This document shows, one piece after another, positions 7,939-16,063 of a stretch of 39,074 bases of DNA (its first letter is position 1; every line of letters begins with the position of its first letter). The stretch covers positions 1-39,074 of IMG/VR virus record IMGVR_UViG_3300040985_000616; one strand, given 5' to 3'. The position numbers were made by a program, and so were the translations under genes. Below the pieces are notes generated by a model. The model worked only from the letters and a program-made list of their open reading frames with translations. It did no database searches and was not told the DNA's origin. This stretch comes from a virus. Lineage: Duplodnaviria; Caudoviricetes.

Positions 7939-8864
7939 TGGCAAAAGCCAAGAAGAAAAAAGAATGCCCTTATCAAAAGGTAACCGACTTGACAATCAAG
8001 TTGATTGAAGATAAGGGGTTAGCACCTTTCATAAAAACATGGAAGAATGTCGGTGGTATAAATGAGCCGACAAGTATGTCGAGTGGCAAGCAATATAACG
8101 GTATGAACATACTGTGGTTAAGCATGGCACGAATGATGCACGGCTACACGTCGAATCTGTGGGGTACATGGAAAGCTATTAAAGCTAACGACGGCATAAT
8201 CGAATGGGATACCTTCAAGGCTAACGTCGAGACGGTAACCTATTGGAGTATGATTAAACTTAAAGAAATCGATAAGCGAACAGGCAAGCCAAAGGAAATA
8301 TGGTTTCAGAAAACAAGTAATGTAGTGAACATGGACTTGGTAACCTTTCCAAATGGAGTGCCTGATAAGTGGGTAGTAACTGATGAGCCTGATGAGACTT
8401 TAACACCACCACTAGAACAAGCACAAGGGGTTATGGATAATTACTTCGAGGGCAAGGGTACACCAACTCTAAGGCACGGCGGAAATGAAGCATACTATAT
8501 GCCTGCCAAAGACTTAGTAGTGCTACCCGAACGAAAACAATTCTCAGAAAGTAGCAAGTATTATAGTGTAGCCTTTCACGAGATGGGGCATAGTACAGGG
8601 CATGAGTCAAGGCTAAGTCGTGAAGGTATAACAGCTTGGAACGGCTTTGGAAGCCACAAGTATAGTAAGGAAGAATTAGTAGCCGAGTTCACCGCGTGTT
8701 TCCTCTGCCACCATGTAGGGATAACCGACACGAGGGAGAACAGCGCAAGCTACCTCAAAGGGTGGGTGGCTAAGTTCAAGGAACAGCCAAAGATGTTACT
8801 ACAAGCATCGACTAAGGCTAAGAAAGCTACCGAGTTTATCCTAGCACAAGGAGGTGAAGCATAA
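7938..8864 (+). CDS. ardC: ArdC-family antirestriction protein (ssDNA-binding domain plus zincin MPTase domain)
   Basis: YNGMNILWL...WGTWK N-terminal domain; AYYMPAKD, FHEMGHSTGH, YSKEELVAE, SASYLKGW motifs; AAGGAG SD before ATG 7938. Confidence 0.9.
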   Translation: MAKAKKKKECPYQKVTDLTIKLIEDKGLAPFIKTWKNVGGINEPTSMSSGKQYNGMNILWLSMARMMHGYTSNLWGTWKAIKANDGIIEWDTFKANVETVTYWSMIKLKEIDKRTGKPKEIWFQKTSNVVNMDLVTFPNGVPDKWVVTDEPDETLTPPLEQAQGVMDNYFEGKGTPTLRHGGNEAYYMPAKDLVVLPERKQFSESSKYYSVAFHEMGHSTGHESRLSREGITAWNGFGSHKYSKEELVAEFTACFLCHHVGITDTRENSASYLKGWVAKFKEQPKMLLQASTKAKKATEFILAQGGEA

Positions 8865-8872
8865 AATAACAC

Positions 8873-8901
8873 TTGACAAACTAAGGGGGGTATGATATGC
8901 C
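8873..8901 (+). promoter_or_regulatory. Degenerate copy of the early promoter cassette
   Basis: TTGACA at 8873 in the same context as 9148, but a poor -10 at 17 bp and a GGGGG/CCCCC inverted repeat over it. Confidence 0.4.
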
Positions 8902-8960
8902 CCCCAACTTTTAATAAACTAAGGGAGTGCCAACTTCCGCAACTTATAGGGGGAACAAAC

Positions 8961-9128
8961 ATGGAAACAACAGCACAAAAAATTAAAAGATTAGAAGCCC
9001 ACATTAAAGACCTCATGGAGTGGCTACAATACTACCTCGATGAGGGGGATTATTACATGGCTAAGCGAAAGACTAGCAACTTGCGCGCCGAGATTGAGAT
9101 ATTAGAATACTTAAAGGGGGAAGCATAA
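8961..9128 (+). CDS. Early hypothetical protein (55 aa)
   Basis: AGGGGG SD then ATG 8961 (METTAQK). Confidence 0.75.
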   Translation: METTAQKIKRLEAHIKDLMEWLQYYLDEGDYYMAKRKTSNLRAEIEILEYLKGEA

Positions 9129-9147
9129 AATAAACAAGATAAATGTC

Positions 9148-9176
9148 TTGACAACTAAAGGGGGCTAGGTTATACT
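9148..9176 (+). promoter_or_regulatory. Early sigma70 promoter
   Basis: TTGACA-17 bp-TATACT with A-rich upstream element. Confidence 0.85.
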
Positions 9177-9209
9177 TAGCTCTCAACACTTAACACTTTA
9201 GCACGGTAA

Positions 9210-9461
9210 GGCTATACAACATACAACAACACAATCAAACAATACAGAACACATACGGATTATCTAGAGATATGCGAGAACGCATACAATGGCAATTGGA
9301 CGGACGCACAAACTCAATATGCTACGGCATACTTTAGTGTGCAAGACTTCATAAACTTTATGGACGATGATGTAGAGCAAGGCATCGAGCGTATAAGTAA
9401 GGAGGATTTAGCGTACCTAGTAGAGGGCGCATGGAAAATGAAGCTAGAGGGGGTAGTGTAA
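9210..9461 (+). pseudogene. Open frame lacking a canonical 5' start codon (83 codons)
   Basis: Stop-free frame YTTYNNTIKQYRTHTDYLEICENAYNGNWTDA...LEGVV, TAATG-coupled to the next gene; first in-frame GTG/ATG only past mid-frame (ATG 9360). Confidence 0.5.
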
Positions 9462-9700
9462 TGCCACGACAGTACAACGCAGAACACGAGGAACAATTGA
9501 TACGAATAGGATTCTGTCAATCTAAATTCTACAAGCCTAACTCATGGGCTAAGGCGAAGCGTCGCATGGAGAAGCTAGTATCTAGAGGTATAGTATACCA
9601 CTACGATTGTGGTCGAGGTAAGGGTAAGTATAGTACGGACTACACCATCGACCAAGTGGTAGAGATACACTTGAACCTACTGAAAGAGGGGGCATTATAA
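9461..9700 (+). CDS. Early hypothetical protein
   Basis: GAGGGGG SD; TAATG coupling at both ends; start MPRQY. Confidence 0.7.
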   Translation: MPRQYNAEHEEQLIRIGFCQSKFYKPNSWAKAKRRMEKLVSRGIVYHYDCGRGKGKYSTDYTIDQVVEIHLNLLKEGAL

Positions 9701-9924
9701 TGCGAGACTCCGCACAAGACCTACACGACAAACTCCATATACTCATAGATGATATGCTATTCAGCATAATGTCTAAGTCTTTAACTAAACTTAATGGGAA
9801 GGAGTGGGACGAGGAAGTAGGCACTCCGCATTGGGAGGATATAAAGGAGGATTTCTTTATAGCGCGTGACCAAATAGTGGACTCCGTATGGGGCATATTA
9901 GTATCTAATATAAATCTACAGTAA
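9700..9924 (+). CDS. Early hypothetical protein
   Basis: GAGGGGG SD; coupled to the previous ORF. Confidence 0.7.
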   Translation: MRDSAQDLHDKLHILIDDMLFSIMSKSLTKLNGKEWDEEVGTPHWEDIKEDFFIARDQIVDSVWGILVSNINLQ

Positions 9925-9965
9925 AGGAGGTTATAACACTAAGAAAAATAAACAAGATAAATGTC

Positions 9966-9994
9966 TTGACAAACAACGAGGGCTAGGCTAAGCT
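9966..9994 (+). promoter_or_regulatory. Early sigma70 promoter
   Basis: TTGACA-17 bp-TAAGCT; upstream AAAATAAACAAGATAAATGTC identical to the 9148 promoter. Confidence 0.8.
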
Positions 9995-10064
9995 TAGCTC
10001 TCACACTTTTAAGGGAGAACGTAACTTCCTATTCACTAACCGCCGTAAGGCAGGAGATAAACAA

Positions 10065-10871
10065 ATGACACAATCAGAAACAATCAGGGTAGAAGCGATA
10101 GCTACTGCCATTCACGACACGCTAGTAGCAGACGGTTGGACTACCGACTGTAGTATCGAGGAAGCGCACCCTGCTAGGTATCACCGATACTTCAAGAAAG
10201 AGGGGTATGCTACGATAATGCAAAGCTATGCTGTTGCTGACCCCAATGCTTACCGAAGCTATGTAACTTCCCTTACACTAGAGTGTGATGGTAAACTCAT
10301 ACGATGTACAGACCATGCAACACCGAAGAAGCTACGAGCTTTCTTGGTTAGAGCAGACAAGCTACAAGACATAGCGAAGGCGAAGGCTGAACGCGATGAT
10401 GCGAAGAAAGCCGAAGCAAAGAAGGAGTCGGACTACATAGCTGAGTATGTTAAGCAGAACTGCGCCTTTACTTGGGAGGAATTCTTCGAGGAAGGCGAAA
10501 GATATAAAGGTCTTCGTGAATCAATGGTGGCTGAAGTCGAAAGACAGAACGAAACTCAAGGGTTCATAGGTTCTTTTAAGCAAGTAGTAGAAGTTAAGAT
10601 ACCCTACGACGTAGCTAATTACGAAACTAGCTATGAGTACCTAGAGGAAAGACTTGCTAAAAACTTTAAGATTAAAATTGTAAGTGCTGATTGTTTAGTT
10701 GAAGAAGTCGAGCGATTCCAAGAGACTCTTGCAGGTGTGATGTTAATCTTCACAGGTGCAGAAGGGATAGCCTTACGAGATGCTTACAGGTCGGCACATA
10801 TAATGGCGATAGCTATCAATGAAGCTGAGAGCGAAGGGCGTAAAGCCTACAAAGCATTGGAGGTGGAGTAA
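10065..10871 (+). CDS. Early hypothetical protein (268 aa)
   Basis: AGGAG SD; long ORF with no recognised motif. Confidence 0.8.
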   Translation: MTQSETIRVEAIATAIHDTLVADGWTTDCSIEEAHPARYHRYFKKEGYATIMQSYAVADPNAYRSYVTSLTLECDGKLIRCTDHATPKKLRAFLVRADKLQDIAKAKAERDDAKKAEAKKESDYIAEYVKQNCAFTWEEFFEEGERYKGLRESMVAEVERQNETQGFIGSFKQVVEVKIPYDVANYETSYEYLEERLAKNFKIKIVSADCLVEEVERFQETLAGVMLIFTGAEGIALRDAYRSAHIMAIAINEAESEGRKAYKALEVE

Positions 10872-11119
10872 TGGCACGAACCATAGGAACAATGTATCAA
10901 TTAGAAGTCTATAACTACGACGATGTAGAGGACGGCGTGACTACTTGGAAGCCACTTTCTAGTGGTGAGTCAGAGACACAGATACTAGCAGACCTTATTG
11001 AGTTGCTGAACTCAGAGGAACTAAACATAAATAACTCTTTCCTCAGAGTGGTAGAGATTACGACCACTAAGTATTCACAATACTCAGAGGTGGTGATAGG
11101 TAAGGGAGGTATTAACTAA
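10871..11119 (+). CDS. Early hypothetical protein
   Basis: GGAGG SD; TAATG coupling. Confidence 0.75.
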   Translation: MARTIGTMYQLEVYNYDDVEDGVTTWKPLSSGESETQILADLIELLNSEELNINNSFLRVVEITTTKYSQYSEVVIGKGGIN

Positions 11120-11355
11120 TGGACGAACTACTCAAAGCATTGAAGGAAGCATTCAAGGACACCAACATACATGAAGAAGATTTCATCTTGGAGTGTGTCG
11201 AGTCGGTGATAACGACTAACAGCTACGGCTCAACGTACGACTTCAACGAGCTACCATGTGTAGATTCCGTAGAGGATATACGAATGGGAGGTGGTCACCA
11301 ATGCAAAGGTGAACTACTCGACAAAGTACAGGAAGCTGTGGAGGGTATGCTCTAA
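11119..11355 (+). CDS. Early acidic hypothetical protein
   Basis: GGAGG SD; TAATG coupling. Confidence 0.75.
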   Translation: MDELLKALKEAFKDTNIHEEDFILECVESVITTNSYGSTYDFNELPCVDSVEDIRMGGGHQCKGELLDKVQEAVEGML

Positions 11356-11398
11356 AGAGAACCGAAGGGTAGGTCTTTCACTTACCCTTCTTCCTCTT
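11356..11398 (+). terminator. Long intergenic hairpin (terminator or RNase III-type processing site)
   Basis: GAAGGGTA...TACCCTTC stem extended by AAGAG...CTCTT. Confidence 0.5.
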
Positions 11399-11483
11399 GG
11401 TAAAAGCCACCACGAACCCCATCGTAAAGATGCCTTGAAGATAATCAAGAACTATTTAGTAATTCTTTTTATGTCTTTTCTTC

Positions 11484-11512
11484 TTGACAAAGATTAAGTT
11501 ACTTGTTAAGAT
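11484..11512 (+). promoter_or_regulatory. Early sigma70 promoter
   Basis: TTGACA-17 bp-TAAGAT with extended -10 TG. Confidence 0.8.
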
Positions 11513-11578
11513 ACTACAACAAACAAACCACGAGAGCGACATCTCTCTTACACTAACCGTCGGAAGACAGGAGTTAAT

Positions 11579-11881
11579 ATGTCAAACACAGAAACACAAC
11601 AAGAGTTAGAAATAACAATCAACGTCGAGCGCAAGGTCACTTGGTCTAGGCAGGAAACTATCACAGTCAAGGGAACAAGAGATGAGTGCTTGGCTGAAGC
11701 TGAACGCATCGAAGAATTAGATGCTGAAGAACAGATAAAGTTAGTCGCAGAGCATAAAGATGCTAACTTCTCTAGCTTCTTATACAATGATAATCATTGG
11801 GAGTATAGTGAGGAGGAGTATATCGAGGAGTCTTGCTACTACGAAGCATCAACATTGGAGGAGGAGGACATCTATGACTAA
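11579..11881 (+). CDS. Highly acidic early protein (100 aa)
   Basis: AGGAG SD; Glu/Asp/Tyr-rich C-terminus. Confidence 0.8.
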   Translation: MSNTETQQELEITINVERKVTWSRQETITVKGTRDECLAEAERIEELDAEEQIKLVAEHKDANFSSFLYNDNHWEYSEEEYIEESCYYEASTLEEEDIYD

Positions 11882-12098
11882 CACCTTCCAAGACTTCAAG
11901 GCTAACCCCGACAAGGACACATTGCTACAGATGTGGTGCGAACTTATTACAGCTATGGCTGAGGATAAGAACCCACGTCAGAATACTATGCAGGGTATGC
12001 TTGATGATGGGTTCTCACTAGCTATCGTACAGCTATGTGGTCTAACACCAAGCCAACTGTATGCTCAAGTCTTAGCACGACAGGAGAACGCATCGTGA
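11874..12098 (+). CDS. Early hypothetical protein
   Basis: GGAGGA SD before ATG 11874 (MTNTFQ). Confidence 0.75.
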   Translation: MTNTFQDFKANPDKDTLLQMWCELITAMAEDKNPRQNTMQGMLDDGFSLAIVQLCGLTPSQLYAQVLARQENAS

Positions 12099-12277
12099 AG
12101 TGTAGCTACAAGCGTTGCAGGTTGGTCGGTGATTTTATCAGCGTCGCTGACCGCAAGGACGGCACATATTCTTTGTGCGAAAAGCATTGGCTATTAGTTG
12201 CAAAACTTGATGGCTCGATACAAACAAACTTAACGAAGGTTGCCATACCTTTCAAACACTCTAAACAAGGAGATTAA
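12095..12277 (+). CDS. Small putative zinc-binding protein
   Basis: GTG start overlapping the upstream TGA; AGGAG SD; C-x4-C...C-x2-H pattern. Confidence 0.6.
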   Translation: MKCSYKRCRLVGDFISVADRKDGTYSLCEKHWLLVAKLDGSIQTNLTKVAIPFKHSKQGD

Positions 12278-12279
12278 AA

Positions 12280-12723
12280 ATGGAACAGAAACAAGAACTA
12301 ACAGTAGGCTACATACTTGTAGCTATCGCTCTCGGCTTACTCACATGGATAAGCTATCACAACTTAACAGAACATGAGCCAACACTCGATGACTTCTATC
12401 ATGCTATTGCACAGGTAGAAAGTGAAGGTGACCCACTAGCTGTCGGCTCAAGTGGAGAAATTGGTATGCACCAAATAACTTATGCTTATTGGTTAGACAG
12501 TATGGAGTATATAAGTATCGGGGGAACGCATGACTCATGCTCACTCGAAGAATACTCTAAGCTGATAATGCAGGGATACTTCCGACGCTATGCTAACAAG
12601 GCATGGCGAGAGAAGAACTTCTATGACCTAGCAAGGATACATCACGGTGGTTGGAACGGTAGGAATCGTATCCATACAATCGAGTATGCCGAGCGAGTGG
12701 TAGCACTCATGGGGGCAGAGTAA
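12280..12723 (+). CDS. Membrane-anchored lysozyme-fold protein, i-type/destabilase-like
   Basis: N-terminal hydrophobic helix; AIAQVES, GMHQITYAYWLD, YFRRYA, ARIHHGG motifs. Confidence 0.75.
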   Translation: MEQKQELTVGYILVAIALGLLTWISYHNLTEHEPTLDDFYHAIAQVESEGDPLAVGSSGEIGMHQITYAYWLDSMEYISIGGTHDSCSLEEYSKLIMQGYFRRYANKAWREKNFYDLARIHHGGWNGRNRIHTIEYAERVVALMGAE

Positions 12724-13067
12724 TGATGCAGAATCTAACTAAGACCTTCGACATCATACGTCGGTACTCGGGTGGAGACTTGGAGACTCAAGGTGTCTCG
12801 CTACTACTGCACGTTATGGAACACGACCCTAACCCTTTGCTTGTTAAAGAGCTGATGGATATGGTGGGAGTTTCGCACGGCTCAATCATACGCTACCTGC
12901 GATTGCTTGGTAGTGATGATGACCACCCACGAGGAGGTGAGTGTGCAGGTTTAATTCAATGTGTCATCGACCCTGCGGATAAGCGTCGCAAGCTAGTACA
13001 GCTATCGACGTTAGGACGCATGATGCGCACAGAGATTGCTCATGTTTGGAACACATCAAATGTCTAA
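12723..13067 (+). CDS. MarR-like winged-helix transcriptional regulator
   Basis: HTH KELMDMVGVSHGSIIRYLRLL and wing DPADKRRKLVQLSTLG. Confidence 0.85.
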   Translation: MMQNLTKTFDIIRRYSGGDLETQGVSLLLHVMEHDPNPLLVKELMDMVGVSHGSIIRYLRLLGSDDDHPRGGECAGLIQCVIDPADKRRKLVQLSTLGRMMRTEIAHVWNTSNV

Positions 13068-15429
13068 GCAAACGGAACAAGAACGGGAAGCACTCATCAC
13101 GGGTGCTTCTCGACGCACGAAGCGCAACGCTAAACGTGTAGCTAAAGAGCAAGAGACTACGACTGCAACAGGTAGCATCGCGCTATCAAGAGCAATCGTA
13201 CCTCTGTCTTTAGGTATCATTGATTGGCTTGACGGTGAGGGTGCAGGGGTAGGCAAGAAAGTTAAGCCTTTCTTCAGACTGCTTACGCCTGAGCTTACAG
13301 CCACGGTGATAGCAAGGGCGGTACTCGATGGTATTAGTCGTAAGCGTAAGCGCACGGCACTCGCAGGTGCTATAGGCAGAGCGATACAGTTAGAGTATCA
13401 ACTGCAAAAGTTTAAGGAAGAACATCGTGGTATCTTCCAAACTAAAATGATAGAGAGTCACCATAAGAATTGGCAGGAGAAAGAGAAGGACATACTTAAG
13501 GAGATGAGAACACGGGGCATCATCAACAAGTGGTGGGAACGTAAAGACTTAATCGCTATAGGTATGACGGCACTCATGCTGATGGAGAAACATACAGGTA
13601 TGATAATGTTATACCACAAGGTGATGAACGGTAAGCGCATTGGCTTGGTAGCACCAACACCTGCCATGAAGGAATGGCTAGAGGAAAGCTATAGACAAGA
13701 TGGACTGCGTGGTGTAATGTATGAGCCTATGATTGAACCACCTGAATCTTGGGTGGACAACTACACAGGTGGATACAAGCTACACGAGTTTCAGACTAAG
13801 GGTTTCATTAACTCGAAGGAAGGTAACCATTATGAGAACCTAACCTACGATGACTGCCCTGCCGTGTTCGATGCGGTGAACACACTACAGGCTACGCCGT
13901 GGAAGGTGAACACTAAGCTACTCAAGGTGATGAAGGAACTGTGGGAATCAGAAGCTACGATAGCAGGGCTACCTAATTGCAACTTCCTAGATGAACCTAA
14001 GTACAACCCCGACTGCACAGCTAACGAGAAGCGACGGCACTTCCGAGATGTACAGCGAGTGAGGGCAACTAACAACTTGAACGTGGGGCGTAGGTTCAGG
14101 CTGAACGAGTGTCTAAAAATAGCAGAGAAATTTTCAGGGGAAGATTCAATATACTTTCCTCACAGCTTAGACTTCAGGGGCAGGGCGTACCCGATACCAA
14201 AGGTATTCAACCCACAAGGTGATGACATAGCTAAAGGATTGATGCACTTCGCTGAGGGTAAACCCTTTAAGGACGAGGGTAGCAAATGGTTTCTTATACA
14301 TGGTGCGAACCTGTTTGGTATCAAGGGTACGCTAGGTAAGAGAGTCGAGAAGATACTAGCGATGCAACTGCTATGTAAGTCGAGCGCATCTGACCCGATG
14401 AACCAACTGCATTGGGCTGAGGCAGACAAGCCTTTCCAATTCTTAGCGTGGTGCTTTGAGTTTGCTGAGTGGCTAGAGAATCCTAACTTCTCATCACACA
14501 TACCTTGTGCGATGGACGGAAGTAATAACGGGCTACAAATTATGTCGCTCTTGTTAAGAGATGAACAGATAGGTAGCGCAACTAACTGTGTACCACAACG
14601 TACACCTGCCGACATCTACCAAGACGTAGCTAACGAGGTGACTCGACGGCTGAAGTCTAACCCCGACAAACATAACTTACGATTGTTAAGGTATGGTATA
14701 GACAGAGCGTTGATGAAGAAGGTGGTGATGAGCGTACCGTATGGTGCAAGTTACTACACGATGGTGCAACTATTCCAAGAGACTCTATACCAACGTCACC
14801 TTGAGGGTGAAGACCTACAGTTCGGTGGTAGGTTGCGAGACTACAGCGCACGACTAGCCTCTGAAACATGGGAGGTTATTAACGAGATGATGCCAAGAGC
14901 AATGGAGCTGATGGCATGGGTGAAAGGAAAGATAAGACCTGCCATCACAGCTAACAACGAGGTGTCGTGGATGACACCGATAGGATTGAGAGTGCATCAA
15001 GGATACAGGCAGACAATCAGACGGCGTGTAGTCACAGCTATAGGCTCGAAGATAAGGAAGGAAGCATACTTCCGTGACCCACTAGATAACTTATCGAAGA
15101 GGAATAACTTCAAGGCTATCGTGCCTAACTACATCCACTCACTTGACGCGAGCATCATGCTCACGACAACTAATCTTATGAAGTCGAAGGGTATCTTCTC
15201 CTTAGCTATGGTGCATGACTCGTTTGCGACACACGCTTGCGATGCGCCTGCCCTAGCTGAGGGGTTGCGAGATGTAGCGATTGATACATTTCAAAAGAAT
15301 CTCCTGATTTCATTTGACAAGGACATCAGGCAATCATATCCTGATGACCATAACAAACGTTTAGCTTTCCCTTCAACAGGAATGTTAGACATCACTAAAC
15401 TAAATAAGTCCTTATACTTCTTTCATTAG
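13060..15429 (+). CDS. T7-like single-subunit RNA polymerase
   Basis: LDFRGRAYP, motif A AMDGSNNGLQ, motif B RALMKKVVMSVPYG, PNYIHSLDAS, motif C VHDSF; likely start ATG 13060. Confidence 0.97.
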   Translation: MSKQTEQEREALITGASRRTKRNAKRVAKEQETTTATGSIALSRAIVPLSLGIIDWLDGEGAGVGKKVKPFFRLLTPELTATVIARAVLDGISRKRKRTALAGAIGRAIQLEYQLQKFKEEHRGIFQTKMIESHHKNWQEKEKDILKEMRTRGIINKWWERKDLIAIGMTALMLMEKHTGMIMLYHKVMNGKRIGLVAPTPAMKEWLEESYRQDGLRGVMYEPMIEPPESWVDNYTGGYKLHEFQTKGFINSKEGNHYENLTYDDCPAVFDAVNTLQATPWKVNTKLLKVMKELWESEATIAGLPNCNFLDEPKYNPDCTANEKRRHFRDVQRVRATNNLNVGRRFRLNECLKIAEKFSGEDSIYFPHSLDFRGRAYPIPKVFNPQGDDIAKGLMHFAEGKPFKDEGSKWFLIHGANLFGIKGTLGKRVEKILAMQLLCKSSASDPMNQLHWAEADKPFQFLAWCFEFAEWLENPNFSSHIPCAMDGSNNGLQIMSLLLRDEQIGSATNCVPQRTPADIYQDVANEVTRRLKSNPDKHNLRLLRYGIDRALMKKVVMSVPYGASYYTMVQLFQETLYQRHLEGEDLQFGGRLRDYSARLASETWEVINEMMPRAMELMAWVKGKIRPAITANNEVSWMTPIGLRVHQGYRQTIRRRVVTAIGSKIRKEAYFRDPLDNLSKRNNFKAIVPNYIHSLDASIMLTTTNLMKSKGIFSLAMVHDSFATHACDAPALAEGLRDVAIDTFQKNLLISFDKDIRQSYPDDHNKRLAFPSTGMLDITKLNKSLYFFH
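15314..15342 (+). promoter_or_regulatory. Possible sigma70 promoter inside the RNAP 3' end, facing the replication genes
   Basis: TTGACA-17 bp-TATCCT, ~120 bp upstream of the SSB gene. Confidence 0.4.
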
Positions 15430-15460
15430 AAAATAGGCTAGGAAAATAATAGTAACTAAC

Positions 15461-16063
15461 ATGGTTAAATCCCAAAAAATTGTAACTCCAATTGGTATGT
15501 CTTCATGGTGTGCCATCAACCCCGATAACCCCGATACCAAGTTCGACCCTCAGTGGTATGTCGATTTGATTGTAGAGAAAGACGATGCTAAATCCTTTGC
15601 GGATTCAGTTAAGAAATTCTACGAAGAGACTCGCTCGCACTTCGGTGCAACCAAGCCAACGAACCCTATTCCAATTAAGGAACACACCGATGAAGAAGGA
15701 AACCCAACGGGTCAGCTCGTCATCAAGTGTAAGCGTAAGGTCGGTGGTACTAGAAAGGATGGCACATCGTGGGATAACAAACCACCTGTGTTGTTCGGTG
15801 CGGATGGTCAGCCATTCACACCTGAAGGTAGCATTGGTAAGGGAACGAAGATGAGATTGTCTGTGCTTATGAAACCTTACGGCGCACCTAAAGTTGGTGT
15901 GACGTTTGAGATTGTATCAGCTCAGATTATCGACGCTAACTACTACGGCAACGACGCATCGGCTGATGACTTCGAGGCGGTAGAAGGAACAGCGAAGACC
16001 ACAGTACCTGCAAGTACTGAGGGATTCACTAAAGTAGAAGGAGGCGATAGCTTCAACTTCTAA
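15461..16063 (+). CDS. Single-stranded DNA-binding protein (T7 gp2.5-like)
   Basis: TPIG, PDTKF, IGKGTKMRL, AQII motifs; acidic tail ending in Phe. Confidence 0.9.
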   Translation: MVKSQKIVTPIGMSSWCAINPDNPDTKFDPQWYVDLIVEKDDAKSFADSVKKFYEETRSHFGATKPTNPIPIKEHTDEEGNPTGQLVIKCKRKVGGTRKDGTSWDNKPPVLFGADGQPFTPEGSIGKGTKMRLSVLMKPYGAPKVGVTFEIVSAQIIDANYYGNDASADDFEAVEGTAKTTVPASTEGFTKVEGGDSFNF

